DNA of 64,000 nt, taken from NCBI GenBank assembly GCA_963816355.1, contig CAWFKH010000004.1:320001-384000 (forward strand). The letters run 5' to 3'. How positions within the stretch are numbered: position 1 is the first letter of the stretch; every line of letters begins with the position of its first letter. The notes under the pieces are model-generated. The model did no database searches. It was given only the letters and a program-made list of their open reading frames with translations, and was not told the origin of the DNA. The translations under genes were made by a program, and so were the position numbers. The stretch comes from an uncultured Gemmatimonadales bacterium (GTDB lineage: Bacteria > Gemmatimonadota > Gemmatimonadetes > Longimicrobiales > RSA9). Shown here piece after piece: positions 1 through 10,726 of this stretch.

Positions 1-452
1 GCCCAGGCGGAGGCGTCGAGGAGCGTCATCTCACCCGTCAGGCGGGCGTCGGCGACGGTGAACGGGCCGATCTTCTTCGGGATCGACGGGACTCCCGGGG
101 TCTGCGGAAAATCGAAGCCGAACGACTCGCTGTTGAGCGACTGGCGGACATCTCTCGCGGTGGCGCCGAGCTGCGGGAGCAGGTCGCTGCGCGCCTCACC
201 GACGCGGGCCGCGGCCGCCGCGGCGCGCGCGGCGGCGGCGGCCGTACGGGGGGCGTGGCGTCGGGCCGCCGTCATCGCCGCCTCGAGCGTCACGCGTACG
301 GCATCCGTCGAGTCTGGCCGCTGGGCGGAGAGCGGTCGTGCGGTGCCGAGCGAAAGTGCGAGGACGACCAGGCCTGCGCTCGCGCGCGCGGCCGCCGTGC
401 GGAAGGGAGGTCCAGAGACGGGTACCGACGATCCATATCGCACGAGTCGCAT
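1..452 (-). CDS. TolC-family outer membrane efflux protein, N-terminal part (runs off the window edge)
   Basis: Manual translation from ATG at 452: signal-peptide-like segment, then VTLEAAMTAARRHAP...ARVGEARSDLLPQL, typical of the OEP N-terminus. Not in the ORF track. Confidence 0.75.
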   Translation of the reverse strand, partial: MRLVRYGSSVPVSGPPFRTAAARASAGLVVLALSLGTARPLSAQRPDSTDAVRVTLEAAMTAARRHAPRTAAAAARAAAAAARVGEARSDLLPQLGATARDVRQSLNSESFGFDFPQTPGVPSIPKKIGPFTVADARLTGEMTLLDASAW

Positions 453-639
453 GCCTCGATTTCGGAGTGCAGGTGCGGCGGCTTGCCGGGTCCTCGCAGG
501 TGCGGCGGGCGGCGTCGCCCCGCCGCGGCGGTTTCTCCCCGCCCGCGAAGTAGTAGCCGCGGCGCCGGGGATGTCAACCGCGGGCGGCGTCGCGCGAGCG
601 CCGGCCGCCGGCTGAGGCGGCGCGAGCGAGCGCCGGCCG

Positions 640-1872
640 CTAGAAGAAGAGCGTGAGGGCGACGTAGCCGTAGAGGGGCGTGGGTCCGAACGCGGAGGCG
701 GGGAGCGCCGCCGCGCCGCCGAGCCCGCCCGTTCCGCCGGCCAGGTCGGGCCCCACGCCGAGAAACGCGCCGGCGCGCAGCGTGGCCTCTTCGCCGGCGG
801 ACAGAGAGAGCGCGGGCGCCAGCAGGCCGCTGCCGTCGTCGACGCTGACGAGGGCGAGGAGGTCGGCGGTGAGCAGGGGGTGGAGCGCGTACGACGCCTG
901 CGCGGCGAGCGCGTCGCGGGAGAGGAGCTGCAGCTCTCCTCGGCGCGCGGGCGCGGAGAGGGCGACCGCGGCGAGGTCGCGCGGGGCCGCGGCGCCGAAG
1001 TCGTCGTGCTGCGCTTCGAAGAGCAGATAGAGGTCGCGGCCAACGAACGTGACGCGGCGGTCCACGCCGAGCGCGAGGCGCACCGCGGCGCCGCCGCCGG
1101 GGTCGTGGCGCAGCTCGGTCTCGGCGCGGGCGCCCCAGGGCCCGAGCGCGCCGGCCGCGGCGAGCGCGGCGGCTGCGTGGCGGTCGAGAAGGCCGGTCCA
1201 GCCGGAGAGGGACCAGTCGCCGAGCGCGTGCTGCGCCCGGAGGAGGACGTCGGTGAGGCGGCCGTCGGGCGTCGTGCGGGTGCTCGCGACGGCGTCCACG
1301 CTGCTGAAGGGGCCGGGAAAGAACTGGAGGCGGAGCGCGTCGGTGCCCGCGCGGTACTCGCGGAACGGGTCCGTGGGGTCGAACGGCGCGAACGGGTCGG
1401 CGGGCGTGAGGAGGAGCGTGGTCGCCCAGGAGATCGCTTGCCGCCCGACGGTCGCCTGGAACCGGCCGCCGGAAAGGCCGATCGAAAGACGGTCGAAGCG
1501 GTGGCGCCACACGACGCGTGAGGCGTCGACGAGACTCCAGTCCAGGTCGCGGCGCGCGGCGGGCACGCGCACGCCGCCGAGCGCGACGGCGGTGGCGTCG
1601 TGGTCGCGCCAGAGGAGCGTGTGTTCGTAGGCGACGTCGAAGCGCAGGCTGCGCAGGCGCGGCGCGGCCATCAGGCGCAGCCGCTGGAAGTCCGTGGCGG
1701 CGCCGCTGCCGTAGATGCTCGGGCCGTAGGCGGAGACCACGCCGAGCGCGTAGCCGCGGACGGTGCGCTGCGCCGCCGCAGGGCGGGCGAGGGGGAGGAG
1801 CGCGGCGGCGAGCAGCGTCGCCGTGAGGATCATGGGAGGGCGGGACCGCGCCGGGCGGTCCGCGCCCGTCAC
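640..1872 (-). CDS. Exported hypothetical protein, probable outer membrane beta-barrel partner of the ABC system
   Basis: Signal peptide (LLAAALLPLARPAAAQ), alternating beta-strand pattern, C-terminal Phe (LTLFF). GTGA overlap with the ATPase stop; alternative ATG at 1833. Confidence 0.7.
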   Translation of the reverse strand: MTGADRPARSRPPMILTATLLAAALLPLARPAAAQRTVRGYALGVVSAYGPSIYGSGAATDFQRLRLMAAPRLRSLRFDVAYEHTLLWRDHDATAVALGGVRVPAARRDLDWSLVDASRVVWRHRFDRLSIGLSGGRFQATVGRQAISWATTLLLTPADPFAPFDPTDPFREYRAGTDALRLQFFPGPFSSVDAVASTRTTPDGRLTDVLLRAQHALGDWSLSGWTGLLDRHAAAALAAAGALGPWGARAETELRHDPGGGAAVRLALGVDRRVTFVGRDLYLLFEAQHDDFGAAAPRDLAAVALSAPARRGELQLLSRDALAAQASYALHPLLTADLLALVSVDDGSGLLAPALSLSAGEEATLRAGAFLGVGPDLAGGTGGLGGAAALPASAFGPTPLYGYVALTLFF

Positions 1873-2633
1873 GGCCGGGGCCCGGCGGCGGCGCCGGTGT
1901 GGGGGTCGCGCGCGACGTCGCTCGCGATCGCGCCATCCACGAGGTGGATCAGCCGGTGGGCGCGATCCATGACGCGCGGATCGTGGGTCGAGAAGATGAA
2001 CGTGACGCCGCGCTCGTGGTTGAGACGCTCCATGACGCCGAGCAGCGCCTCGCTCGTGGCGGAGTCGAGATTCGCGGTCGGCTCGTCGGCGAGGACGAGG
2101 GAGGGCTCACCCACGACGGCGCGCGCGACCGCGACGCGCTGCTGCTGACCGCCGGACAGCTTGCCGGGCCGGCGGTCCTCGAGCCCTTCGAGGCCGATCT
2201 CGTCGAAGAGCGCGCGAACGCGCCGATGGCGCTCCTCCGCCGGGACGCCGCGCAGGAGGAGCGTGAATTCCGCGTTCTCGAGGGCGGTGAGCACGGGGAG
2301 CAGGTTGTACGCCTGGAAGACGAAGCCGATGCGCTCGAGCCGCATGCGGGCGAGCGCGCGATTGCCGAGCGACGTGGTCTCGGTGCCGCCGATCCATATG
2401 CGGCCGCGCGTCGCCCGCGTGAGGCCGCCGAGGAGGTTGAGCAGCGTCGTCTTCCCGGAGCCGGACGGCCCCGCCATCGCGACGAACTGGCCCGGCTCGA
2501 CGGAGAAGGTGACGCCGCGAACCGCCTGGACCGGCTCCGGCTCCTGCGGATAGACCTTCCACAGGTCCTCGGTGCGGACGGCGGACGCGCCATCGCCGGA
2601 GGCGGCGTCCGCCCGCGGACTCGTATCGCTCAT
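1869..2633 (-). CDS. ABC transporter ATP-binding protein (LolD/MacB-like)
   Basis: GPSGSGKT Walker A, LSGGQQQR signature, LADEPT Walker B, STHD. ATGA overlap with the permease stop. Confidence 0.95.
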   Translation of the reverse strand: MSDTSPRADAASGDGASAVRTEDLWKVYPQEPEPVQAVRGVTFSVEPGQFVAMAGPSGSGKTTLLNLLGGLTRATRGRIWIGGTETTSLGNRALARMRLERIGFVFQAYNLLPVLTALENAEFTLLLRGVPAEERHRRVRALFDEIGLEGLEDRRPGKLSGGQQQRVAVARAVVGEPSLVLADEPTANLDSATSEALLGVMERLNHERGVTFIFSTHDPRVMDRAHRLIHLVDGAIASDVARDPHTGAAAGPRP

Positions 2634-3868
2634 CGGTCGAACTTCATCGCTTCGGCCACGTCGATGCGCATCGCCTGACGGGCCGGGTAGAGGGAGGCGA
2701 GCACCCCTATGAGCATGATGAACGCCACGCTCTGCAGCACCTGCGCGGGGCGGAAGATCGGGACGATGATCGGGCTCACGACGGCGCCCGACAACGTGAT
2801 GTCGCTGCTGTAGAGCGCGCTCAGGTCGAGACCGTGCCGGAAGAAGCCCCACGTCACGCCGAAGCCGAGCGCCACGCCCAGCAGTCCGCTCAGCAGCGTC
2901 AGCAGCAGCCCCTCCGTGAAGACGACGGCGCCCGTCTCGCGCTTCGTGAGGCCGAGCGCCTCCAGCACGCCGAACTCCCGCGTGCGGTTCAACACCGACA
3001 TCAGCACCGCGTTCAGCACCGCCAGCGCGATGATCCCGAACAGGATCGCATGGAAGACGTAGTCGCCGAAATCGTCGATGCGCACGGCCGAATCGAGCTC
3101 CGGCGAGGCCTCCCGCCACGAGAGGACCCGCACGCCGCCGTCGAGCCGCGGCCGCAGATCCCGGATCACCGCCGGAACGTCCCGGCTCGACTGCAGCAGG
3201 ACCGCGACGCGCGTCGCGCCGCCGGGCACCCGCAGCCACTCCCGTGCCGTCGCGATCGGGACGTGCACCAGACCCTCGTCCAGCTCCGGAATCCCCGTTC
3301 GGAACGTCCCGACGACGCGCAGCAACTGGTCCGCGATCTGCCCCGACGCGTCCTGCGCGCTCACCACGAGGCGCGACCCGATGCGCAGCCCGAGCCGCTC
3401 CGCGAGCGACACCCCGATGTACGCGGCGAGACGGTCCGACGAGCGCAGATAACGTCCTTCGACGCGCTTCCGGTCGAGCGCCGAGAACGACGCCTCGCGC
3501 GCCGGGTCGACCCCCATGACCTGCACCGGCACCGCCGAACCCGGCGAGCTCGCGAGGGCGCTCACCCCCAGTTGCACCGCGCTCGCAACCATGCGCGCCG
3601 CCACCGCCCGATCGCCCAGCGCCGCCTCCGCTTCGGCAACCTGCGCCGAGTCCAGCCGATCGGTCAGGCTGCCGCTTCGCAGATAGCCGGGCGCCTCCAC
3701 CGCCACGTGACCCGGCCCGAGCCGGACCCCGTCCCCGATCCACTGCTCGTGCGCGCCGTCCGCGATCGCACGCGACATCATCAGCAGCGCGAGCCCCAGC
3801 ACCATCGCCGACGCGGTCAGCAGGCTCCGGCGCGCCTGCCGCAGCGTGTTCCGCGCCGCAAGCCGCAC
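2630..3868 (-). CDS. ABC transporter permease (FtsX/LolE/MacB family)
   Basis: RLAARNTLRQARRSLLT N-terminus, RTREFGVLEALG motif, C-terminal SLYPARQA. Start position uncertain. Confidence 0.9.
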   Translation of the reverse strand: MRLAARNTLRQARRSLLTASAMVLGLALLMMSRAIADGAHEQWIGDGVRLGPGHVAVEAPGYLRSGSLTDRLDSAQVAEAEAALGDRAVAARMVASAVQLGVSALASSPGSAVPVQVMGVDPAREASFSALDRKRVEGRYLRSSDRLAAYIGVSLAERLGLRIGSRLVVSAQDASGQIADQLLRVVGTFRTGIPELDEGLVHVPIATAREWLRVPGGATRVAVLLQSSRDVPAVIRDLRPRLDGGVRVLSWREASPELDSAVRIDDFGDYVFHAILFGIIALAVLNAVLMSVLNRTREFGVLEALGLTKRETGAVVFTEGLLLTLLSGLLGVALGFGVTWGFFRHGLDLSALYSSDITLSGAVVSPIIVPIFRPAQVLQSVAFIMLIGVLASLYPARQAMRIDVAEAMKFDR

Positions 3869-3981
3869 CAGCAGCGCGACGCGCCCCCCCGACCCGCGCC
3901 TCGCCTCGCCGCGCGCCCCCCTCGCCGCGGGCCCCCTCGCCGCGCGCGCTCACCTCGCGCCTCGCCTCGCCACGCGCCCTC

Positions 3982-5240
3982 TCAGCGCCCCGCCAGCGCG
4001 TCGGCCGGCGGCACCCGCGTCGCCCGCCACGCGGGATACGCCGCCGCCACCACCGCCGTCGCCAGCAGCGCCGCCGCGCTCCACAATGGGCGCCGACCAT
4101 GACGGCTCCACCCGCAGCACCGGCCGGATCAGCGCACCCGCCATCGTGAAGCCGCCGAAGAGGAAGCCGAGATCCGGCGGCGAGCGCTGCCACCACGCCA
4201 GCAGCGGCACCGTCACCGCCGACCCCGCCGCCAGCGACAACAGCCCGAGCAGCACGCCCTTCGTAGACGACCGTCCGGCCGACGCCGTCCGGCGTCGTGC
4301 CGAGCGCCCGCACGACGGCGAACTCGCGCCGCCGCTCGAAGGTCGCCATCAGCATCGTGTTGGCGACGCCGAAGATCGCCATGGCGAACACGATGAGGAT
4401 GATGATCCAGTTGCTGGAGCGGGCGAGTTGTGCATAATCCGCCAGTTCCGGGCGGAATTTCAACCACGGCTCGACGACGGTGCCAGGAGTGAGGCGGGAA
4501 ACGGGGGGCTGGAGGCGGGCGGCGACGGCGGCGGCGGACCACGGGTCGCGGAGCGAGAGCGCGACCTCGTGGACACGGTTCGGCGCCAGGGCGAGCAGCG
4601 TCTGGAGCGAGCCGATGGGGAGGAGGGCGGAACCGGCGTCGAGCGAGAGCACGCCGGTATGGAAGACGCCGCTCACGGTGAAGAGGTCGTTGCCGATGGA
4701 GCCGTCGGCGGCGGGGGCGACGAGGACGACCTGGGAGCCGGGGCGGACGTGGAGCTTGCGGGCCATCTCGTCGCCGATCGCGACGTCGCGAGCGCCGCGG
4801 GCGGGGGGTCGGCCGCGGACGATGGCGGCGAGGAGGCGGGAGACGCGAGGCTCGCGAGCGAGGTCGACGCCGAGCAGGACGGCGGCGGTCGTTTCGTCGC
4901 GGGCGCTGACGAGGCCGCCGCCGTAGACGCGAGGTGCGGCGGCGACGACGGCGGGGTCGGCGCGCAGGGAGTCGAGAAGGGCGTCGACGTCGGCGCCCTC
5001 GTCTCCGCCGAGGGTGGCGTAGAGGTCGCGCTCGGGGAGGAAGTCGGCGGCGTGGACCTGGATCTGAGAGGAGAAGAGGCCGGTGCCGTTCTCGATCATC
5101 TCGGCGACGATACCGTCGGAGAGGGCGACGATGAGGACGGCGGAGAGGAAGCCGAAGGCGAGGGCGCCGGCGGTGATGAGGGTGCGTCGGGGGTTGCGCC
5201 AGAGGTTGCGCCAGGCGATGCGCCACCAGATGCCGCGCAC
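3982..5240 (-). CDS. ABC transporter permease (FtsX/LolE family), two apparent +1 frameshifts (~4258, ~4081)
   Basis: RIAWRNLWRNPRRTL...ERRREFAVVRALG. Removing one G at each site restores VVYEGVLLGLLS and IVSAAALLATAVVAAAYPAWRATRVPPADALAGR*. Confidence 0.85.
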
Positions 5241-5245
5241 GGGCG

Positions 5246-6053
5246 TCAGCTCCCTCTGAGGTTGCGGAGGGAGAAGAACGACGGCTGCAGCCCGACGTCG
5301 AAGGCGAGGTCCTCGTAGAGGAGGATCGTGTGCTCCTCCGGCTTGTCGGCGGGGAGGACGGTCATGCGCGCGGGGACGAGGCGGCCTCCCATGCGGAGGT
5401 AGTCGCCGAAGGTGATGGTGCGGACGAGGTTGCCGTCCTCGTCGTAGTAGCGCGCCCACGTGGGCATGTCGTCCTTCGTGCGGACCTGCTCGACGATGCG
5501 GCCCCAGACGACGGCGGCCTCCGGCTTCGGCGTCAGCTCGAACTCCCAGACGTCGACGCCGTCGCGCGGGCCCCGGTAGGCGATCGCGATGTCGTAGTCG
5601 TCGACGACGCGGCTCTCCTTGACGAGGTCGTCGTTGGTGAGGTGGGACCCCATCCACGACCCCATCATGAGTGAAGGCGGGATCTTGATGGTGCGGTCGA
5701 CCCTGCGGCAGGTAGTTCCAGACCTCGTCCTTCGCCTTCAGCGTGGCGGTGCCCGCCTCCTTCTGCGGCGAGACGACGCGGATCAGGCTGTACTCGGTGC
5801 CGAGCGACCACACCTTCATCTCGAGCGAGCGGCTCCAGTGCGCGGTCACGATCTGCATCACGACGGTGCCGCGGCTGGAAGCGCCCCGCAGCAGCCGGTC
5901 CACCCGGTCGACGATCTCGCGCGCCGTCTGCGCCGCAGCCTCTCGCGGGTATCCCAGCGAGAGCAGGAGCAGCACGGCCGCGGCCCAAGCCGCGCGCCCC
6001 GTGCCTCTCGCCGGCCCTCGCCGCCTCGCCTCGCCGCGACGGACCCCTCTCAC
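5246..6053 (-). CDS. Outer membrane lipoprotein-sorting protein (LolA-like), apparent +1 frameshift ~5703
   Basis: Signal peptide, then SPQKEAGTATLK..VWNYLP/VDRTIKIPPSLMMGSWMGSHLTNDDL, and C-terminal FFSLRNL. Confidence 0.85.
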
Positions 6054-6694
6054 GTTCGCTCCCCTCGCGGTCGCGCATCCAGAATGCCGCGGAACAGAGA
6101 AAGCTCGGCGCCGATCATGCGCTCGCGCTCGCGCTCCGACAGCCCCTCCCAGTTCTCCAGCAGCCAGCGGTCCCCCGCTTCGCCGAGCGCCATCGTCGCC
6201 TCCACCAGAAAGTCGAGCGGCAGGTCGACCCGCACCACCCCCAGCTCCTGCCCCCGAACGATCGTCGCCCGCGTCCAGTGCCGAACGAGGTCGAAGAGCC
6301 GGCGAGTCCGCCGCCCACCCCCCGGCTCCCCCCGCATGCGATAGAACGCCCGCGCCAGCCGCACGTACCACGCGTTGCTCTCCAGATACGCCGTGGAGCG
6401 GCGGAAGAAACCCTCCAGCGCCGGCCAGAACCCGGCCGCCGTCATCTCCTCCAGCCGGAAACCGCCGACCAGCCGGATCGCGAGCTCCGTCGCCCGCTCC
6501 ATCACCGTCGAATAGAGATCGCTCTTGTCCTCGAAGTAGTAGTAGAGCGAGCCCTTGCTGATCCCCGATCGCTCGATGATCCGGTTCAGCGACGCCGCCT
6601 CGTAGCCCCGATCCGCGAACTCGTCCGCCGCCGCGCGCAGGATGCTCTCCTGCCGTCCGGGCTCGAGCTTCTCGAATCGGGAACGCGCCATCAT
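6050..6694 (-). CDS. TetR/AcrR family transcriptional regulator
   Basis: ILRAAADEFADRGYEAASLNRIIERSGISKGSLYYYFEDK helix-turn-helix. Confidence 0.95.
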   Translation of the reverse strand: MMARSRFEKLEPGRQESILRAAADEFADRGYEAASLNRIIERSGISKGSLYYYFEDKSDLYSTVMERATELAIRLVGGFRLEEMTAAGFWPALEGFFRRSTAYLESNAWYVRLARAFYRMRGEPGGGRRTRRLFDLVRHWTRATIVRGQELGVVRVDLPLDFLVEATMALGEAGDRWLLENWEGLSERERERMIGAELSLFRGILDARPRGERT

Positions 6695-6797
6695 CGCCTC
6701 GTCGACTTCGCCCGCGCCTTCCCGGCGCGCCGCGGCGGCCGCCTCCGACGGCGGCGCTGTCCCGGCCGCGTCCGACGGTGGCGTACCGGGTCACCAT

Positions 6798-6856
6798 ACC
6801 GTTCGGTTCGACCGTGTGGTCTAAGAGAAGCTCGCGCGTGGACGAGCCGGTGTCAA
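6798..6856 (-). promoter_or_regulatory. Probable tetR operon promoter/operator
   Basis: TTGACA on the minus strand at 6851-6856. Two tandem near-palindromes downstream of it: ACCGTTCGGT (6798-6807) and GACCGTGTGGTC (6810-6821). Confidence 0.55.
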
Positions 6857-6870
6857 GCGGGTCGCGGTGC

Positions 6871-7827
6871 CTAGTTGACGTCGAAGTGGAGGACGAGGTA
6901 GGTGCCGCCGTCGTGGTCGGGGGCGAAGCGTAGGTGCCCGAGGAGGGCGCGGTCGATGAAGTTGTCGCGGTGGGAGTGCATGTAGCGGACGATCTTCCAG
7001 CCGCTGAAGGAGCCGATGGCGGCGCCCATCATGACATCGCTGGCCCAGTGCTTGTTGTTGTACATGCGGGAGAGGCCGGCGAGGGAAGCGCCGCCGTAGA
7101 GGACGAATCCGACGAGGGTCTTGTGGTCGGGCCACCAGATGGCGGCCTCGTGGGCCATGGAGGAAGCGAGGGCGAAGGCGGCGGTGGTGTGGCCGGAGGG
7201 GAAGGAGCGATAGGTATCGGATCGAAAGCCGCGGCCCGCCTCGAAATCGAAGGGCTGGTCGGGGTCCTGGAAGGGGCGGCCGCGGCCGGCGACGCCCTTG
7301 ATGAGGTCGGTGATGATCTCGCTGACGATGATCGCCTCGGTGCTGTGCAGGCCGGCGTCGGCGACGCGGCGGAGGCCGGCGACGCGGCCGACGACGTACA
7401 TGGAGCCGCCGATGATCTCGGCGCCGGGCACGGCCATGAGGCGAGTGAAGGTGGCGCCCTGGTTGAGGAGATGGTTGGCCTGGGGCGCGGGGCGCTGGAG
7501 GAACTGGGCGAGGTTCCGGTCGAGCGGGTAGAGCACGAGCGTGCCGACGATGAAGCCGCCGGCGAAATAGAGGTCGCGCGGCGTGAAGAGCGGCTCGTTG
7601 GCGACGGTGCCGGTCGTGCTGTCCGGCGGCGTGGTGTCAGCGGCGGCGGCGCAGCAGTGGGCGGGCAGGAGGAGGAGCGCGACGGGCGCGTCGCCGTCCG
7701 AGGGCGTGAAGCGGACCGCCTGGGAAAGCGGCGGCGCGGGAGCGTAGGCCGCGGGAGCGGAGGTCGCGCCCGCGGGGGCCGCGGCGATCAGTAAGGCGAA
7801 GGTGCACAACGCTATGGAGTAACGCAT
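6871..7827 (-). CDS. PAP2-family phosphatase, exported
   Basis: KGVAGRGRP, SFPSGH and SRMYNNKHWASDV motifs; signal peptide. Confidence 0.92.
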   Translation of the reverse strand: MRYSIALCTFALLIAAAPAGATSAPAAYAPAPPLSQAVRFTPSDGDAPVALLLLPAHCCAAAADTTPPDSTTGTVANEPLFTPRDLYFAGGFIVGTLVLYPLDRNLAQFLQRPAPQANHLLNQGATFTRLMAVPGAEIIGGSMYVVGRVAGLRRVADAGLHSTEAIIVSEIITDLIKGVAGRGRPFQDPDQPFDFEAGRGFRSDTYRSFPSGHTTAAFALASSMAHEAAIWWPDHKTLVGFVLYGGASLAGLSRMYNNKHWASDVMMGAAIGSFSGWKIVRYMHSHRDNFIDRALLGHLRFAPDHDGGTYLVLHFDVN

Positions 7828-7959
7828 GGCGTCGATCCCCGATGGCGATTCGGTGTCGCGATCGCGGGTCCAGTGATGCCGACTTCGTGCCAGCGCGTCG
7901 GAGAAGGGCGGGGCGACGTGCCGGGCGCGGGCGCGGCGACGGCGCGGCGTCGCCGCCGC

Positions 7960-10246
7960 TCATCGGGCGGCGAGGGCGCGCACGAGGCGGGCGAGGGCGA
8001 CGACGTCGCCGAGGTCCGCCACCTCCGCGGGGGAGTGGGAGTAGCGGCCGGGCCACGACAGCGGGACGGCGGTCGCTCCGGCGGGGACGAACGGGGCCGC
8101 GTCGCTGCCGCCGTTGGTGGTACCGACCTGGATCGGGATGTGGTGCTCGGCGGCGAGGCGGAGAACGTCGTCGATGGCGTCGCGGGGAGTGAGCGTGGCG
8201 CTGTCGAGCGCGCGCACGACGGCGCCGTCGCCGAGCGGCTGGTCGGCGAAGCGGGTGGATTCGAGAGGCGCGTCGGAGCTGACGAAGGTGTCGACGGCGT
8301 AGACGCGGGCGAGGTCGGCCATCGCGGTGTCGGCGGCGAGCGCACGGGATCCGTGCAGGCCGGTCTCCTCCTCGACCACCCAGGCGAACGTGACGCGGCG
8401 CCGCAGCGCGGCGGGATCCAGGTCGCGCAGCGCGAGAAGCAGCGCGGCATCACCGGCGCGGTCGTCGAAGCCGCGGGCCACGGCGCGGCGGGGGCCGAGC
8501 CGGAGCATCCGCTTGGGCATGGTGACCGTCTGTCCCGCGCGGAGGCCGAGCCGCGCGGCGGCGGCCGCATCGGAGGCGCCGGCGAAGAGGGTGAGCGGCG
8601 CGGCCGGCTCGCGGTGCGTCGCGTCGCGCCAGTCGGGGCGCGGCTCGACGATTCCGGCGACATCGCCGGCGGGGGTGTGGACGAGCGCCGCCTGCGCCTC
8701 CCAGAGCGAGGGATAGAAGCCGCCGAGACGGCCGAGGACGAGGCGGCCGTCGGGCCGTACCGAGTCCACGCGGAAGCCCACTTCGTCCATGTGGGCGATG
8801 AACGCGACGTGCGGCGCCCCGCTCCCGACCGTCACGATCAGGTTGCCTCGGGCGTCGACGCGCGGCCGCGCCCAGGAGGGAAGAAGGGAGCGGATGCGCT
8901 GGCGGACCGGCGCCTCGTCGCCGCTGACGCCGTAGCGCGCCACGAGCGCGCCGAGGACCACGGCGGCCGCATCCATGCGATCGCCGCCCTGCGGCGTCGC
9001 GGCGGCCTCCTCGCCGGACGACGCCAGACCCAGCGCGGGGGGCAGGACGAGCGCGGGAGCCCGCGCGCTCGACGTGGGCGGAGCCCCGGCCGCGGCGACG
9101 AAGGCGTCGGCGAGCGCGGCCACATCCGAGAGCGCGACCATCTCCACGGGTGTGTCGGCGTAGCGTGCGGGCAGGCCGAGGTACCCGACGCGGGCCTGCC
9201 CCCACTCCGGCCCCCCGGTGTACGGCGCCGGCGGAGGTGCCGCGTGGGAGGCGGTGTGGGCGCCGGACGCCGCGCCCCCGACAGCGCCCGCCGCAAGCAC
9301 TCCGGCGCCGGGTGGAGGCGCCGCCGCCTCGCGCAACGCCCTGCCCCGCCGCTCCAGGCCGAAGCCCTCGCTCGTCAGCAGGACCTGGTCGAAGGGGCCC
9401 GCCTCGCGCGCCACCCGCTCGATGCCGCGCCGGCCGGCGTGCTCCAGCACCGTCCACGCGAATACGACGCTGCCGGTCGATCCGCCCGCGCTCACCCGCC
9501 GCGCGGCCGCCGCGAGCGCGACGCACGCCGCCTTCGCCCGCGCCGCCGGAGCCGCGAGCCGGCCGCCGGCCAACATCATCGGCCGCTTCACCAGCGTCAC
9601 CGGATCGAGCAGGCGTATCCCCAGCGCGCGCACGCCCGCCGCGTCGCTCGCGCCCACGTCGACGTACGCGTCCTCGAGGTCGAACGGCGCGTCTGCCGGC
9701 GACCGACCGCGCTGCAGGTGGACGGAGCGCACGCCCACCGCCCCCGGAACGGTGCCGCCGGCCGTGCCCACCTCCACTACCTGGCCCTCGCGGAACTGGT
9801 CCCACAGCGCCCCGCGCGGCGCGCCCACCGCCTTGAGCCTGAGATAGCCGTCCGCCCCGATCGCGCCCACCACGTACCCCGGTTCGTCCAGCGAGCACGC
9901 GAGCAGACGCCGGGGCCGTCCGTGCCCGAACTCGACGAGCACGTTGCCCATGCCGTCGCGCCGCACCGGCAGGCCCGCCAGGCGGCCGGCGATGTAGCGC
10001 GCCGCGGCCGCTTCGTGTCCCGCGACGCTCGCGATCCGCAGCAGCCCTTCCACCTCGCGCGCCAGCATGGAGTCCACCGCAGCCCCTCGCGCCGGGCGCG
10101 GCATCGCGTCATCGGCCGGCGCCGCGGCCCCGGCGGAGACGGCGGCGCCCGCGGCGCCGCGCGCCGGCGCCCACGGCGCCTGCGACGGTGACGACGGCGA
10201 CGACGAGGGCGAGCTCGACCGGGAGCGCGCGCAGGTATCGTTTCAT
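7960..10246 (-). CDS. Secreted tandem-domain M42/M20 metallopeptidase, apparent +1 frameshift ~10171
   Basis: C-terminal domain has AHMDEVG, FDDRAG, VEEETG, VDTF and YSHSP; N-terminal copy is degenerate. Deleting one G joins the MKRYLRALPVELALVVAVV signal peptide to ORF 7960..10104. Confidence 0.85.
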
Positions 10247-10359
10247 GGCGTGCAGAGTACGCCGTGTCCCCGCGAGGAACAAGCGCGTGCCGCGGCCCTT
10301 GACGGTCGACCGCGGGGGCGGGATCATTCTACTGTATATCTCACCAGTTGAGCGAAGAG

Positions 10360-10692
10360 ATGGCCCGATTCGAGTTGACGCCGGAGGTGATGACGAGGGT
10401 CGCGGAGCGCTTCAAGGCGCTGGGCGAGCCGACGCGGCTGCGAATTCTGAACGCGCTGCGGCACGGGGAGCGGAACGTGTCGGAAGTGATGGAGGCGACG
10501 GGTCTCAGCCAGGCGAACGTGTCGAAGCACCTCCAACTGCTGCACACGCTGCGGTACGTGGAGCGGCGGCGAGAGGGTCTCTACGTGCACTACCGGATTG
10601 CGGACGAGAGCGTGTTCGAGCTGTGCGAGATCGTGTGTGGCCGGTTGGAGGCGGAGACGGAGGAGCTGCGGTCGCAGCTCGGCGCGGAATGA
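10360..10692 (+). CDS. ArsR/SmtB family transcriptional regulator
   Basis: FKALGEPTRLRIL...SQANVSKHLQLL...RREG motif. Confidence 0.93.
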   Translation: MARFELTPEVMTRVAERFKALGEPTRLRILNALRHGERNVSEVMEATGLSQANVSKHLQLLHTLRYVERRREGLYVHYRIADESVFELCEIVCGRLEAETEELRSQLGAE

Positions 10693-10726
10693 AGGCGGCG
10701 TCCACGGTGGCGTGTTCGAGGTGAAG

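Noticed and set aside
1869..6797. 1642-aa ORF as a giant fusion
   Set aside because: Chimera of LolA-like, permease and ATPase segments joined by indels and stop-poor GC-rich frames.
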